This document shows, in pieces, positions 29,798 through 44,700 of a stretch of 64,000 nucleotides of DNA. The translations under genes and the position numbers were made by a program. The number at the start of each line of letters is the position of its first letter. The stretch's first letter is position 1. The stretch spans positions 298,957 to 362,956 of the forward strand of contig NW_018406654.1 in the NCBI RefSeq assembly GCF_002113885.1, given 5' to 3'. Source of the stretch: Mizuhopecten yessoensis (Eukaryota). Below the pieces are notes generated by a model. The model saw nothing but the letters and a program-made list of their open reading frames with translations. It did no database searches and was not told the origin of the DNA.

Positions 29798-32700
29798 AAT
29801 ATACAGCCGATGATTTGTTATTTTATAACGATTTAGGAAAAACGTATTACATGGCAATAGTTTTAGGTTAGAAATCTTTTTTTGGAAGATCCCGACTCAA
29901 ACATTGCCATCAGGTCTATTGGCAAAATTTCCCCACTACACAGCATTACCGTTAACATTCTCGACCCCTTACCTAGATATATTAATATGTCGTGTGTCGG
30001 TTACCTTGGTTTTACACGACGAACATATGTGGACTACCTCAGCCCTATGTGGTTCTCTGCGAATTTTTTAATGTGTGTCAATGATCCGTTTTAATGATAG
30101 TGTGACGCCTTAACTTTAATGATATGCCATTATGTGTTGACGCTATGACATTTCACAAAAGGTAATATAATAATATTACTGCACTCGCGTATTATTAAAC
30201 AATATGTTACTGTACTCACGAACTATTTAATTAAACGAACGGAATATTGATAGCTATAGGAAATAAATATTCTGATATAGAGTATTATTGCTTACTCAGC
30301 AATAAAGCTTAATGGCGTCAGTGTAACGTTCATGGCGTTTCAGACGTAGAGACTGACCTATGATTAATATATTTGACAACACGAGAATAAAAATTGATTA
30401 CACAAAAAACATGCAGGTGTAAGAGATGTCATCTTAGCTTCCGTGTATTACGAATGAATCGAATTTAGCAAGGTAAGCATGTACTGAGTATGTGTCATGC
30501 TTATTTGATTTAATATGTATATATTTATGGTGTAAAAACAAATATACTAAAACCAGATGTATTATGTTTCATATCTAAATATATATGCAAATTAACCGAA
30601 GAAGTGTTTTTTTGTAAACTTTGTGTCTTTCGTTACTGTTAAAAATATATACCAAGAATTAGATGATCAATATACTTGCAATTTTATAAGTATAATAACG
30701 ATTACCTATTTACAATAGATATATAAGTACAATGGCCAAATTGAAAAATAAGAGGTAGATAAACGATGTCAAAGAAAAGTTTATCAGGAATAGGATTCAT
30801 ACAATAGGAAAATTAATATCACTAATTAAAAAAATACCATAGCTATATGCAAAACGAAGGCGAGATATTGTTCTAAGGGGTAGATACACACATTGTTCTA
30901 GTTTCTAACAGGGATTAGATAAATACTATAGCCAATATCATCTGTTATGGAAAATATATATAACACACATTTATCAGAACCAGGGCACATGTCTGACTTC
31001 ACTTGATTCGTAATAAATGTATATAGCTACACCCTTTTTTACGTGACAGAGATGTCATTATTTGAATTAAAAGGAAATAACTCTTTGGCTTCTTTCGTTT
31101 GACAGTTAAAATAGTCTATCGTGTTCATGGTATCGTATTTGTCAAGTTATGAAACCATTTTGAGTGACATTTGACCTCAACAAATTAATTGATGTCCTCT
31201 TTAACTTAATACAGCAAGTGATTGTTGACCTTAAAATTAACATAATTTAGTTTGATGTGTATGTAGATGTTATGTTGTTCATTGTGGCTTGCCCTTTCCG
31301 TCACGACGATAGTAAAATAATTAACGGATTAAATTATTAGAGGATGAAAAATAGACGACAGATTGAGCCTAATTGTTAATGTATGTAAATTATTTTTATT
31401 CGTTTCTGTCACCAAACACGGAGGTAAACGTCGTGTTAAGATATGTATCGTGTGGTAAAAGAAATATAATAATCTGAAATTGAACGGTGAGTGTTAAACG
31501 ATGATAAAATGTCCAATATCTGAATAATTGAACAACGAAAAGTATAATACAACGGTAATGTGATATACAAATTAAAAAAAGTAACGCACAAAATCAAATA
31601 AAGATTAAAGACCATTAAGTACATGCTTGAATATATAATTTAATCAACATTTATATATCACTCATTAAGCCTCATTTAACTGAAAGTGATATCGTGTTAC
31701 AGGTTTAATTAACACAAAAAACAGCGATGGGGAGATTTAAACTGGACTCCTAGAGGAAATTTTCTTTAAGTAGAGATTGTTTGGTGTATATGTTGAACTG
31801 CATATTATTACATTTAACCTAGTTTTGCTGCTGTATTATTTGTGGTTTTACTCTACCACGAAATAATATATGAATAGGAACAATTTAATTTAGTGTAGGA
31901 TAATGCACATTATTACATTTAACCAAGTTTTGCTGCTGTAATATTCGTGGTTTTACTCTACCACGAAATAATAGGAATACGAACAGTTTAATTTAGTGTA
32001 GGATAATGCGTATCGCCTATGTTAGCATAATCGACTTTTAGATGGACATACCTATTGCGATTTAGTATGCACTGAATTCTTTATAAAACTAGTGATGCAA
32101 TTCTTTTAGCTATTTTTTGTTTTACGTCAGCATTTGTTTGTTGACATTCACTAAGCTTAAAGTTAATTTATGCACAGTTTCAACATTTTTTTAACATCAG
32201 ATAATTCATTTTTCGAAATGCAATTTGTTGTAATTGACCACACCACAAACCACACATAAATAACACCGTGTCAATGCATCACTGTAATCAATTTCAAACT
32301 CGAAGAACAACGTTAATGCTTTATCACTTGTAAAACCACAGAGCGCGTCATCCTATTGTGCATACGGACATGTGGTTGATCAATTTTTATGTGGATCAAT
32401 GCAAAATCTGCCTACTAAGACACATAAACACAGCATATATATAAATTGATAGACGAGTGTTTGGACAGTTACGAGAATAGATAACAATGAACGCACAATC
32501 TCCCGGGGCCCTTGGTTTGTTATACGATCCAGTTATTGCAATTGTACATGCCTTATTGACACTTTATGGCATGCGCATTGGCCTCTTTCATTAACGATGG
32601 TCGGCTCTACTCATAAAACGTTAACGGCCGACGACGAGGACAACCTGGGCCCGTCAACCATACATCAGACCACTGATCATATGATATAAGAGCAGACCTT

Positions 32701-35700
32701 TGTCTGACAACAGCTTATCAATCAGGGTCGCCTTTATGACATTTTACCGAATCGTTTTATTGCATAACTGTTCGTCCTCTTTTCAAATATATATTTTGAT
32801 ATAATGGCATCAGAAATAATATACCGGGACAATTTTGTCCATTGAATGTCTCGCCCTTTACCGTCTTAATCCATATTGAACTAACTTTGAAGTTGAAATG
32901 AAGACAATAGGGAAAATTAATTTTTGCAATCTATATATATATATATAATTTTAATTTAATATAAATTTATTGGAAGACTAAACATAATAAAGATAAAAAT
33001 ATAAGGCACTAGTTATTTTATTTTATGGTAGGGTATCATGTATACTACAGAGATTGTTTTAGTGTAAACACCCAATAACAAAATCAGAAATCCTATCACA
33101 AGATGATATCAAAAAGATAAGAAACAGCAAAACAACTGGAAAAACACATTATTTGATAAATAACGACACTTGAAACCACTGTAAGATGAAAGAGTTTGAG
33201 AAGATAATGTGCCGATAAAGACACAGCTGTCTGGCTTTACACTTACCCTGGGGCGCGTATCACCAACCATGTAACTCTGTTATTGATCAGGTGACAAGGT
33301 TGACACACCTGAATGCTAAAATTGATAGCATCATCTATATTATTTAGGATCACTAGTGGTGTGTATGACATTAGTGATTTCACGTGTGGGAGGGACCTGT
33401 CAATCAATCCCACCATTAACTTGATTTGACATTTTGTTTGTAGCGTCAGCATGTAATGCTTGTTGTTAGATACTTAACATTTTGTTACCTGTCGGTGCAT
33501 TGTGATGTGTCATTATATGTTTTACTGTTTCTGTAGTAAGCATAAGAACGAATATGATCGTTATCATTTAATAAATATATATAAGATCTACCACTAGGCC
33601 TTTCTGTTGTCTAGGCCTCAGACTCATAGGGAAAAATGGCATTGCCATTAAGCTATCGCGTACTTATCATTTCTGTCCAGCATACCTAATTCCTTACCAA
33701 ATTATACAAAGATATCTATGGTATGTCGTACTTTGTGTTGTAACCGATGTTACAAGTAATTCAATGCCCATTTAATGACAGGAGATATGCTTCAGCATGA
33801 CACGAATAGCAAACGATGTATATTTTACTAACGCATGATAGTTCAAACGAAATGTCCATTTGATGAAACTGTTAAAAACGACTTGTCAACTGCTTGGTTG
33901 TAATCGTCTGAGACATAACTTTTCGGATTTGATGAGTTTTCCNGGGGGGGGGGGGGGGGGGGGGGGGGGGATTGTTGCCATGTCCCAAATGCTTCTGCTC
34001 TAAGGTTTTTACATATGTCTTGAAGTGTTGACAATTTTTGTGTGTATTTCTATTTAAATTCGAGTCATTTGTTGATGGGCAGCAAATTTATTTGAACACA
34101 AGCACTAAAAAAAGACTACCGCTTAATATGTACATTTACAATGACCTCTATTCAGTTTATAATATGATACCAGTAGAAATTTGAGAGTCAAGAACACTCG
34201 TATTACGCAAACAGTTGTCTGTCCTATTCAAACAGGAATACAAGTCATCCAGCAACTATCGTAGCATTACAAGTAATAGTAACGATACAACAATCATATT
34301 ATTCAAAAACAAAGCACCACCATTGAAACATTGCTGCTAGTGGAGGCGATTATAAAATACAACAGCCCTTGGATACACGACACCTTGATTTACTAATTTA
34401 TAAACTCTAGACCCCTCACCACCGAAATCTAGAAGATATGGACACAATGGTAAGTTGATGATCCTCGGATCAAACAAGGCTTCAACACGTTGTTAATGAC
34501 AGACGCTTCTGTAACAGCTCACAAGCACCATGACTACACACAAATTTCACCTCTGTCTGGAAGAGCAACATTTTGAGCAGCGCTTAATTGGATATGTTAA
34601 TCCATTTCGGTTGAAGCAAGTTCCATTAGGCAAATATTTTATTTAATCTTTTTGTTTTATTGTTTTGTTTATAAGAAATGTGAGTAATTTTTTTTTTTTT
34701 TTTTTTTTTGCTTTTGGACTGAAATATAAATCAGAATAGCTTAAAAAAAACTCGATTTGATGTCCCTAATTATATTTGCCACCTTGCTAACCGCCAACAA
34801 ATTTCCTGAAAAAATCATCTCAATTTAGCACAAAACGTAATAACGCCGACATCTGCGGACAAAATGCGTAACTATAACTAGGTGTCTCTGGATTTCCTAT
34901 TCATGTTTCATATAGATCGGGAAGGCTATGGACATTGCTTCAACTGAGTCATTCACACAATGTTCAACACGGCTTTATGTAATTCCACATCTGCAAAATG
35001 AATTCATTACCATTTTGAATCATCCATTAACATTTTCATCAAATCGAATACCATGTCATTGCATTACACAACTGCAGCTTTCCACAGCGAGTTTTTATAT
35101 TCGTTAAGTGACCGTAGTATCAAATTAAAGTTCAGCAGGTCATCATAAATAATCATTGATTTGAAGGATTTATAAAATGTTTCGTTTAATAGTATGAGTT
35201 GTAACGTATAATGCTTACTCAGGCCCAACATTCCCCATTGGTAAGTACATTATATATATATATCATAGAAGACCTGTAGATGCTTATTTTTTTAATCTGT
35301 TACAGTGAACATTATGAACATCGTTAATTTATGCATTTTAGTTTAAATTAGTATAAGCGTTAGATATTGCTCTTACTTAAATGTATTATAGCATATCTTC
35401 AAGTTATTAGATGCAAAGTTATACACAATCTTTTCACAAACATGATCAGTAGTTGGATAGTTTCGTATTTTATCCTTGTGTATATTGGAAAATCGGCATG
35501 TCGTATGCATGTTCTATGTAAATTGCTACTAGGAATTTCCCTTATATAATCTGAAGTATTATTATATGGCTTATAGTCATTAGATGCGAAATTATTTCAA
35601 CTATATTAGTGCGGGATTAAAGCTATATTTGTACATTATAGAATGATATGACAGATTTAAATTCGCATACGTCCTTAGTGTTCCTGTATGTCTGCTTTAC

Positions 35701-38700
35701 CTTAGCAAGTCGTTTGTTATTGATTTTACTAGTTAAGAAAATATGTTGATCACGTGACTATCCTCTAACCACATTGCTTTTTAATAGCTTTCACCTATTT
35801 GCCAGCAGATTGTTTTTAATCAAAGGTTTTGATCTTAGCTTGTGTTTTACCAACATAATGTATGCATCCTTGCATACAGGGATGTAATACAATTTGGGGA
35901 AATGTTATATTTGAAACAGATATGTTAAAAAAATCCTGAAAATCAGATTTACCTTAAAAAGTTTGTGAGTTAAATGTTCTTACGAGTCTACAAAATTCAA
36001 CGTGGGTTTGTCATACTCTTTTAACAATATAAATGAGGATAGGGCAATTGACAAACTTTTTATAATTACAACTACAATTCAAACATGGAATAATAAATAC
36101 ACAAACTGTTAATAATTAGATTAAAGAAATAGCTTCATCAATACTTAAGACAATACTTTTGTTGGTACCTTAATATGCTGAGAATCAAATAACGTTTATT
36201 TGAAGAAGAGATATTCCGTCTTTGCGTATTGCAGAGTTATCTTCTCCTGGAAGCAGGTATTGATTGTTACGTCACTTGTTTGTGAGAGTAACTTCATCAA
36301 CTTTTGAGAAAACGACGTAATTTTCTCACACAAACCAATGACGTAACAATCAATCCCTGCTCCAAAGAGAAGATAACTCTGCAATACGCAAAAACGGAAT
36401 AAGGCATCGATGATAGGCTACCATGATGTAAAAAAAAGAAAAGAAGAATGCATCAATAGAAAAGGGGAAAAGCAGTATATTAAAACCATGTAGATGAAGA
36501 GGAAATGAGGTTACGGTGACCCAGTTGTTCATCAGCATCGATTAATCGTTCACGTTTTCAAATAAAACTGCACCAATATAGCATATAAACAAAGTATATA
36601 TTAAAAAAGTGATAATTATCACTTAAATAGTTATGATATATATTCATATATACTTCAACAGATTTTACCCAAATTTAATTTACAAGACGGTAATAGCGAT
36701 ACGTTTCAACATGGAATTAATGACGTGGCAACGCCTTTTGCTGGTCACGTCAAGAGGAATAACTCTGATTTAGATCAGTGTGACATCTACGAATTCATAA
36801 AATAAATGACAGATACATCCAATTGTGATAACAATGATTTAAATATTCTGAACTATTATTTTACCCCCCAAAAAAATATAATCCTCAGATCCCTTTCCTG
36901 GACCCCAACGTGAGTATAAGAGTATTGATATAGATTGGTGTACCCCTCCTAAAATCACAATGTTGTTATAAGGTAGAAAGTAGTGCATGGAGAATGTGTG
37001 GATAATATATGCTACCTTATCGTGAAAAAACCTACACTCAAAAAGAACTCCACAAACATATCACATACAGAAAATAAATTTAACTTTTACTGTTTTATCT
37101 TTGAAAAATGATTATGTGAATCATATTTTGCTAATAGTATATGGGAGTTAACTGACCTAAATCTTATGTATTATGTGTAAGGTGGCATATAAATTAGATT
37201 AGTTTTCAGTTGAATACTGTTGATGATAAATAGTATACTCTACACGTTTTATTATTTATATGTTAAATTCATTTAGAAAAAAATATTCATATCATGTTTA
37301 TTTGATTTCAATAAATTCTATAACATTACAGATATTATGCAAATCCTATATTACATTAACAAGTACAAATTTCAAGTGCAGTGTAAAAACATACTTACTT
37401 AACAATGATAACGTTTTCAAGTAAATGCAATAATGATATATATATTAAATTACTGATAAAATACTATCTTTAAATGATCATGCGACTGTAAATCACGATG
37501 TGTATCATCATGTAAGTCACAATTACTCAAAATTACTTATATGCATGAATATCATAACCTGATATTATGTAAATACAGCTTAAGAATGAGGACGTCTGTT
37601 GTTTAATACGTCAAGGGGTATAACTCTAATTTGAACAAATATATATAAAACAAAATATAACTATTTGAAAAAACTACTAAAATAATTGAACAACTACTTT
37701 ACCTACCGAAAATTGTAATCCCCAGATCCTTATCGTGGACAACGACGTGAGTATAAGTTCATGGAGCTAGATGTCCTAGCAACAAAATACTTTTGGTAAA
37801 AGTTGTTGAGAAAGAAGTGCATTTACAAATATTGGTTGTATATGCCACACTATAGTGAAATAAAACTATGCTTAAAAGAACTACGCTGATGAATAGAATT
37901 TACTTCACGCATACTATTGAGAAGTAATTGTGAATCCTATTATGCTAAAAGTCTAGGGGAGATAATACTGACTTAAATCATATGAATAATTTGTAAGGTA
38001 GCATATAATTCAAATTACTTTTCAGTTGAATATTGTTGTTAATTTTTGAAAAGTAATACATTTATCATTAACTTCCAGCCAATTTATATTTTTTTTAATA
38101 CAAACTTATTTTATTTCAATAAATGATATAACATTATAGAAAGGTTGCCAATCCTATATAAAGTTATAAATACACATTTAAGGTGTAGTTTAGAAATAAA
38201 AAAAAAATACTTACCAATGATATTTGTTAAGTTATTTGATTAATGATTTATGTATTGAGTTACTGATAAATGCATTTTTTGAATAATAATGCAAATATAA
38301 ACCAGAAGGAATATCATGATGTAGCGAAACGTACTCATACATTACGTGTGAACATATATCTTAAGAGAGGCGATATTGGCTGTTGAATACTGCAAGAGAT
38401 ATACCTCGAACCTTAACAAATATATGAAATCATTAGTAACTCTATGTAGAACTACTAACAATAAGTGGACAACTACATTACCTAGCCAAAACTGTAATGA
38501 TCATATACATATCCTGGAATCCGACGTGAGTATATAAGTAGGAAGACATTAAGTGATTACTGATATTAACAAAAACACTGAATTTGTAGGCAATGTCGAT
38601 AGATTGAGTGTTCTGGGATATTTGAAGGTTACATGCTACCTTTTGTACATACTATTTACATTGAGGAAACCTGTCAATTATTTGAATTCCGATTTTTAGA

Positions 38701-41700
38701 TTGTTTTTGATAAAACTATAAATGAAATATGTATTTTTTGAATTTTGAATTACTGCATATCATATATCAAAATTCAATATGAAGGCAGGTAACTCTTTAT
38801 ATGTCACGGTTATTATGTGTAAGGTGGCATATAACCTTAAACTGACTTGTATTGGGATGATTTTGATGAGAAATGCTCGTATTTTCGACATAGTTTAAAT
38901 GCATTTAATCTAAGGTATTGCCGTTTGTACATTGGATTTGTGTTTGTCTAACACAGACATGTGCAAATTGTACTTTTTTACCTATAATCTAAAACATAAT
39001 TTTAAACTGCTTATTTTTTGCAGACCCGATCATTCCAGGTAAATATGACATATTATTTTTTTCCTCGTTAATGCAAATAAAGAAACTGATCTGAACTGAT
39101 CATGGATTCTGTATAACAGTTGCTGCCTATCGATACTGAATTGATTGGGTTTTTTTCATTTGATATTTAATTATACAATAACATACATGTACACTATTTA
39201 TATTTACGTCATATGTTTTCAGCAAGGGGACATTCGAATACCAAGGTTATAAGTAAGTACACATTTTGATACATTTATGCCACATATACCCTGTGCTATA
39301 TTTTACTAAGGAAATAACATTTACGGGAGATTATAATTTAAAGCTCCATTTCCGAATACAAATAGGAATTAGGTGTATATTTAATATTAATATCACATTT
39401 TCTGCACTGTATTTCAATTATTATAATGATTAATGTGATAGAAAAATAATGCTGACGAGCAAATCAACCACAAATGTCTCCGAATAATGCACTCTGATAA
39501 AGATATAGGGCCGTCATCACATAAATTATCAATATGGTGTATACTTACCAAGTGCCATGGAGTAAACTCAAAACATTTTGTTTACAATATCATCATGGCT
39601 GATAATGGTACATCCAGAGTACATTGTCAAAGATTTACATTTATAGATGTCAAAATAAATCTATTTGAGATGTTGAACCAAAACAGTGATTTTTATTTAG
39701 ACACAATTGCTATTCGTGTTGAACGTATGTCTGAAAAACACAGTATTTTAGTTACGAACCCTTTCTTCACTTCGGTCACACTTCGTATTATATTTGTGTT
39801 ATTTTGACCAACTGATTTAATCAGTCGTTCCATTTGCTCTGCTTTCTCATGAATCAAAACGAATATATACACCTAACAAACGAAAAAAGTAGAAAATTAT
39901 AATATGTTTTGTCTTATTTTTAAGCTGTACCGAAAGTTCATCGTGAACAAGTTGGTATACTCCACCAGGAAGCGGGTAAGTTATGTAAAACATTCCACAT
40001 CGAACGGTTATTTGCGAAGTGTATAATTCACCGTTTTGCTATTTTACAGTCCAGTATAATAAAAATGATGATAATAATAATATACAATATTTACTATTGC
40101 GCCCTATCTAGCTAGAATAAGCCACTCTGAAGCGCTTTAGAGTACATAGATATATAATTTATACAATCAAAACAACTAGCATGTACATTAATCAATGCAA
40201 TTTTGAGGAATTCGCAGGGGCTGCCTTATCAGGCGCTTACTACTGGTCCTATGCCACCTGGCTAATAGCTTATTATGTGATTGCGTGTGTGCTGGAGATG
40301 TAATGTGTAAAACAGTATTTGTCATTTTTAAGTGTTTGTATTGATTTGAAAAGCAATTATTATAACCAGTTAACTATGTGTAATGTATAATTAAAACATT
40401 GCTGTCTATCATGTAATTAAGGCGAAAAATGTGGTTATCTGTTAATGATGTAGATATGTATGTATTTTAACTTTGTGTTCACAAATAAGCAAATCAAAAT
40501 ACTTTTGCAGGGTTTTAAACAAGATAATCTGAAAATATATCAGTTTTATGGCTTATGTATATTATTTAAGAAAAACAGCTATCGTATAAAAAACAAAATT
40601 AATGGGAACGTTGTTCAAACGTGTTCAATGAAAGAACAAAATACAACAAAGAGAAAGTAAAAGCTATTGTTCAACACGTATACTAACTACATTCTTCTTT
40701 TGTAGTCCCTGTCCATCAGACACAGGTCGTGACCAATGAACGTAAGTTTAACGTATTTATTTTATACATCACAACCATTGAACACAGTGTTCATTTTTAT
40801 TGAAGTGATATTGTTCATCCAATTTAGTCTTTATTTTCGTTAACCGGCGTTATACGTTTTTTTCATTATTCAAACAGGTTGGTACTTTATATGTAATTAA
40901 CTGTTAAAGTAGATATTCTTGCGTATTAACTCACTGAACACTGAACATTTCCTGATATGCATTCACACAGATTGTTTTATAATGAGAATGCTATCATATA
41001 CGTTTAAATAGGATGACGTATCAGCTACGTCAGCATGTTTTACATGGGTACATTGTCTCACAAGTTCTGCATTTGAACAACTTTTTAATTGGAAGATAAT
41101 TTGTAATGTGTTGTTTGATTTTTTCAGGGGTGAAAATTGTAACACAAAAACAGCCTGTTCTCGTCCCACAAACCAGTAAGTAGAATTATGGTATTATTTA
41201 TCTATTAATGTAGTTATTGCAAAACATTTCTATCTCTTTGTGGAGTAGTTTTGGAGAAAGGTAACATCGGAGTATCATAATATAACCTTTTTCTTTTTCT
41301 TTTACAGGGGTTCAAAAGATTCTCCAGCAGGTACCTGTGCAAACTGTTAGTAAGTAAACATTTGTCATTTCAATTGTAAGAAAACATATAGATAATGGCG
41401 GAAATGCATCGTTTGATCTAATGTATTGCATCACAGATGGTCGAGTCCTTAATGACGAAGAAATGGTATTATTTGTGTCGCAAGTACTAATAATGAACAT
41501 TTTTTTAAATTTTTAATTACAGAAAAAGTTGCAGCGCCAATGATCTTCAAGCATAAAGGTAAACAATCCCTTGCAACGATATGTTTTATTGAATCATTTA
41601 TATACAAGTATTAATATAATAATCGTTCGATTCTGCTATAAATATTCTGGTTGCATATACCGTCTTTGCGTATTGCAGAGTTATCTTTTCTTGAGAGCAG

Positions 41701-44700
41701 GTATTGATTGTAACGTCACTTGTTTGTGAGAGTAACGTCATCATCAATTCTTGAGAAAACGACGTAATTTTCTCACACAAACCAATGACGTAACAATCAA
41801 TACATGCTCCCTAGGGAAGATAACTCGGCAATACGCAAAGACGGAATATGTACAATAAGATTATGATATCTTCGGTAAATGCTAATTCTTTGTTCATGTG
41901 ATTTGACAATAACGTTTTTCATTATGTTAATTGAGGTGTCTTTTTAATTTGTTGTCACTTTCCCTTTTCCGTATTCGAAAACGTGATATTACTTGTATTT
42001 CATAACGGATGTCTCCTTGCTATTCATTTCATTGATTATATCTTGCCCTAGTCTCATCGAGTTTAAGGTCGAACAACGGTTTTTATTTCATTTCCTTGTG
42101 ATAATTTTAGTCAAAAGGGGGATAAAAATCAATTTAAAATCTTGAAACGTAATTTTCATTTGATAGCATGCCAAATATGTCTACTATTTCAAAACGAATA
42201 ATTTCACGTAAACGGCTTTCTCCCAAAGAAAGGTTTTCGGGGGTTCGCACTAGAGTGTATGATCCATTTTCGATGGGTGCGACATGTCGTGCAGGAAATA
42301 GCTAAATGGTTATCGTGTTGGATCACTTGATGTAGTATCTATACCTTTGTGGATATTCCGGATATCTTACCTTTTCTGTTCATGGGCAAATTTTTAAAGT
42401 TTGTCTTTTTATCGGTTATTCATTGTATTCTTCAGGTTGGCGTTGTTGTACTTGCTGTGTATTGTAGTTTATAGACCCCCAAACCCCCCATGTTTTTTGT
42501 TTTTTGTTTTTTTTTAATATTTACTGACCAAAATGTGTCACTGGCAATATAATGTTACGACACCTAATTTAGATATATATTCCACTCAGATGTCATTATT
42601 CTTTATGGACAATATAGTTGTATAATATGAACATTATGGCATGGCTGTCTCATAACTTCATAACTAAATGTTGTTGATTTTGTAAATATCATTGGTCCCG
42701 TTAAATTTATGAGCCGTTGTGTTTCCGCTACGTCATGTTTTGGTGTGCTGGCTATTAATTTCTTATATTTGTTGCTTCATTTTCTTTAATTACAAATTGC
42801 TTGCATGTTGTCTATTTTTTCATTCAGAAATTGTTCCCTTCATCAAGGAAAGAACAAATCACGGTGAGTAGCTTCATCCAAGTATATACATACATAACAT
42901 TTCCCAATTTCTCAATAATATTTTTTTATCATTGATAATTTTCTCGTCCACAAATGATAATGTTGGCCTCATATCTAGATAACCTAGTTACCTAGAAAGT
43001 CTTCAATGATCTGGTCTCTCTTACGTAAAACCTCATTATATTATTTAAAGATATTGCTATCAATTAGCATTCACAATAACTACCATTTGTGTCATAATTA
43101 AACTATATATATAAGTAATATATTACTTGTATCTGCCAATTACAAACTTATTAATGTATTTTCCTTTGTGTTGTATTGCAGTTGTTCATAAAAGTAAGTA
43201 ATTTAACACAAGAAATGATAAATCTAATGAAAAGGAATTCAAAATAATGCAAACGAAATGTAACCAGCGATACTTGAATATATAATGTTCCAATCAAAAT
43301 AGTATGAAATTAATTTAAATGGTAGGGACCATTACTTTAGTCTACGGTAGACATTAAGAAACAGTACCGATAAAAATAATCGTATTTTGCAAAAAGCATA
43401 AATTACCTTCACGAATATGTTCCATGATACACAGCATATAATTATTCTTTGTTTGATTGAATGTAATGTCGTTAATTGTTAAATGGCATTGATTTGCATG
43501 GCCATGCATGTGTTGTTATTGTGTGACTGATTTTGTTTTCGTATTTATCTGCTCAAGTTGAAATTTGTTGAATTCATGTTTAATTCCTTGAAAAATATGA
43601 ATCCCTGTACCAATGCAGGCAAATACAAGGGTACCCACCTCTGTTTCTTATACATGCTGTTATTGACCTTCATCTTGTTAAGGATATGACTTAAATGCCC
43701 TATAAAAACGGAAAATAATGTGTGAACAGCTCTGAGATGACCTACGAACTATTGTATGATAAAGCGGTATATAAGAACTCGAATTATTATTATAATCATT
43801 ATTTGTTATCTTTTGTTCCCAGTTAAAGTGCCTAAGTACATAACAAACACTGTCGTGCGTAAAGGTAAGTTTTATCTATATAATTCTATATGCATGTACA
43901 TAAACAAAATCATAGCTGATGACGAAATAAGACCTGTGGTGACGTAATGCCGGATCGCAAAGGGTGCGAGATATAGTGTTATAGTTGGCTATAGAGTCTG
44001 TCTTACAAGAGTAAATTCAAGTTTTACCGCGTGTCATTTGCAATTTAGAAATTAATAATCAAGAAATGATAAGCGTGAAAACCAACTGTCTCGAGTTTGG
44101 GTTGTTTTTCCTCAAATTACGTTTATGTTGTATTTAGAAAAAAGATGATTATCTTAATTATGATGTCGCAAAATATGACGTTGAAAGTAGTGTTACTTAA
44201 CTTCATGATTAACAGATTGACCAATGAAATAACCATGTGCCAGTGGGGTCGGGTTCGACTTTCAGTTGTCATTATAATAGGTATAGGGGTGTCTTGGTCG
44301 TTTATCATTTCTCGTTGATACTAATTCCTAAATAATGGTTATAAATTTAAACTGAACGTTATTTTAAAGAATCTGATTCACAGACTGTAAAATATCAAGA
44401 GGTTTTTAAATTGATATGTTCATTGTCAAGTTGTATATGTTAGGATATTTTACCATTGTTATTTAAATTATTTGTTTCATCAAATTCCTTTGTTTTTATT
44501 TATTTTGCATTTTCATATATTTCAGTTCCCGAACCTGTTGCAATTCCAAAAATCCGTACGTATACATTGAGCTATTCAAATTGCTTATTGAACATATTTG
44601 TGAAAAATCGTTACATTTTAAGTCTTGCAGAATAGTGTCTTAACATTTTAACGTGGGTTTTCCAGGCCCTAAAATGTCTGATAGATATTTGTTGTTATGT

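Larger units (their letters stand above)
36600..38900 (+). repeat. Diverged tandem triplication of a ~0.8-kb unit, each copy carrying one 21-nt micro-exon
   Basis: Shared landmarks (acgtgagtata; atgc.ac; tgtaaggt.gcatataa) recur at spacings of 837 and 779 nt; boundaries approximate. Confidence 0.88.

Noticed and set aside
30467-30480. Short AG..GT pairs such as ttag|caag|gtaagc (also 47279-47288, 58498-58504, 59121-59136)
   Set aside because: Lengths are not multiples of 3 or contain an in-frame stop, and most have poor pyrimidine tracts.
33843-34034. Poly-proline ORF
   Set aside because: Artefact of the poly-G run beside an assembly N.
40042-40067. Strong acceptor ttttacag at 40049 as another exon (VQYNKN)
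   Set aside because: No donor follows; the downstream bases belong to the retroposon (AAT)n tail, and removing the insertion does not restore an in-frame exon.
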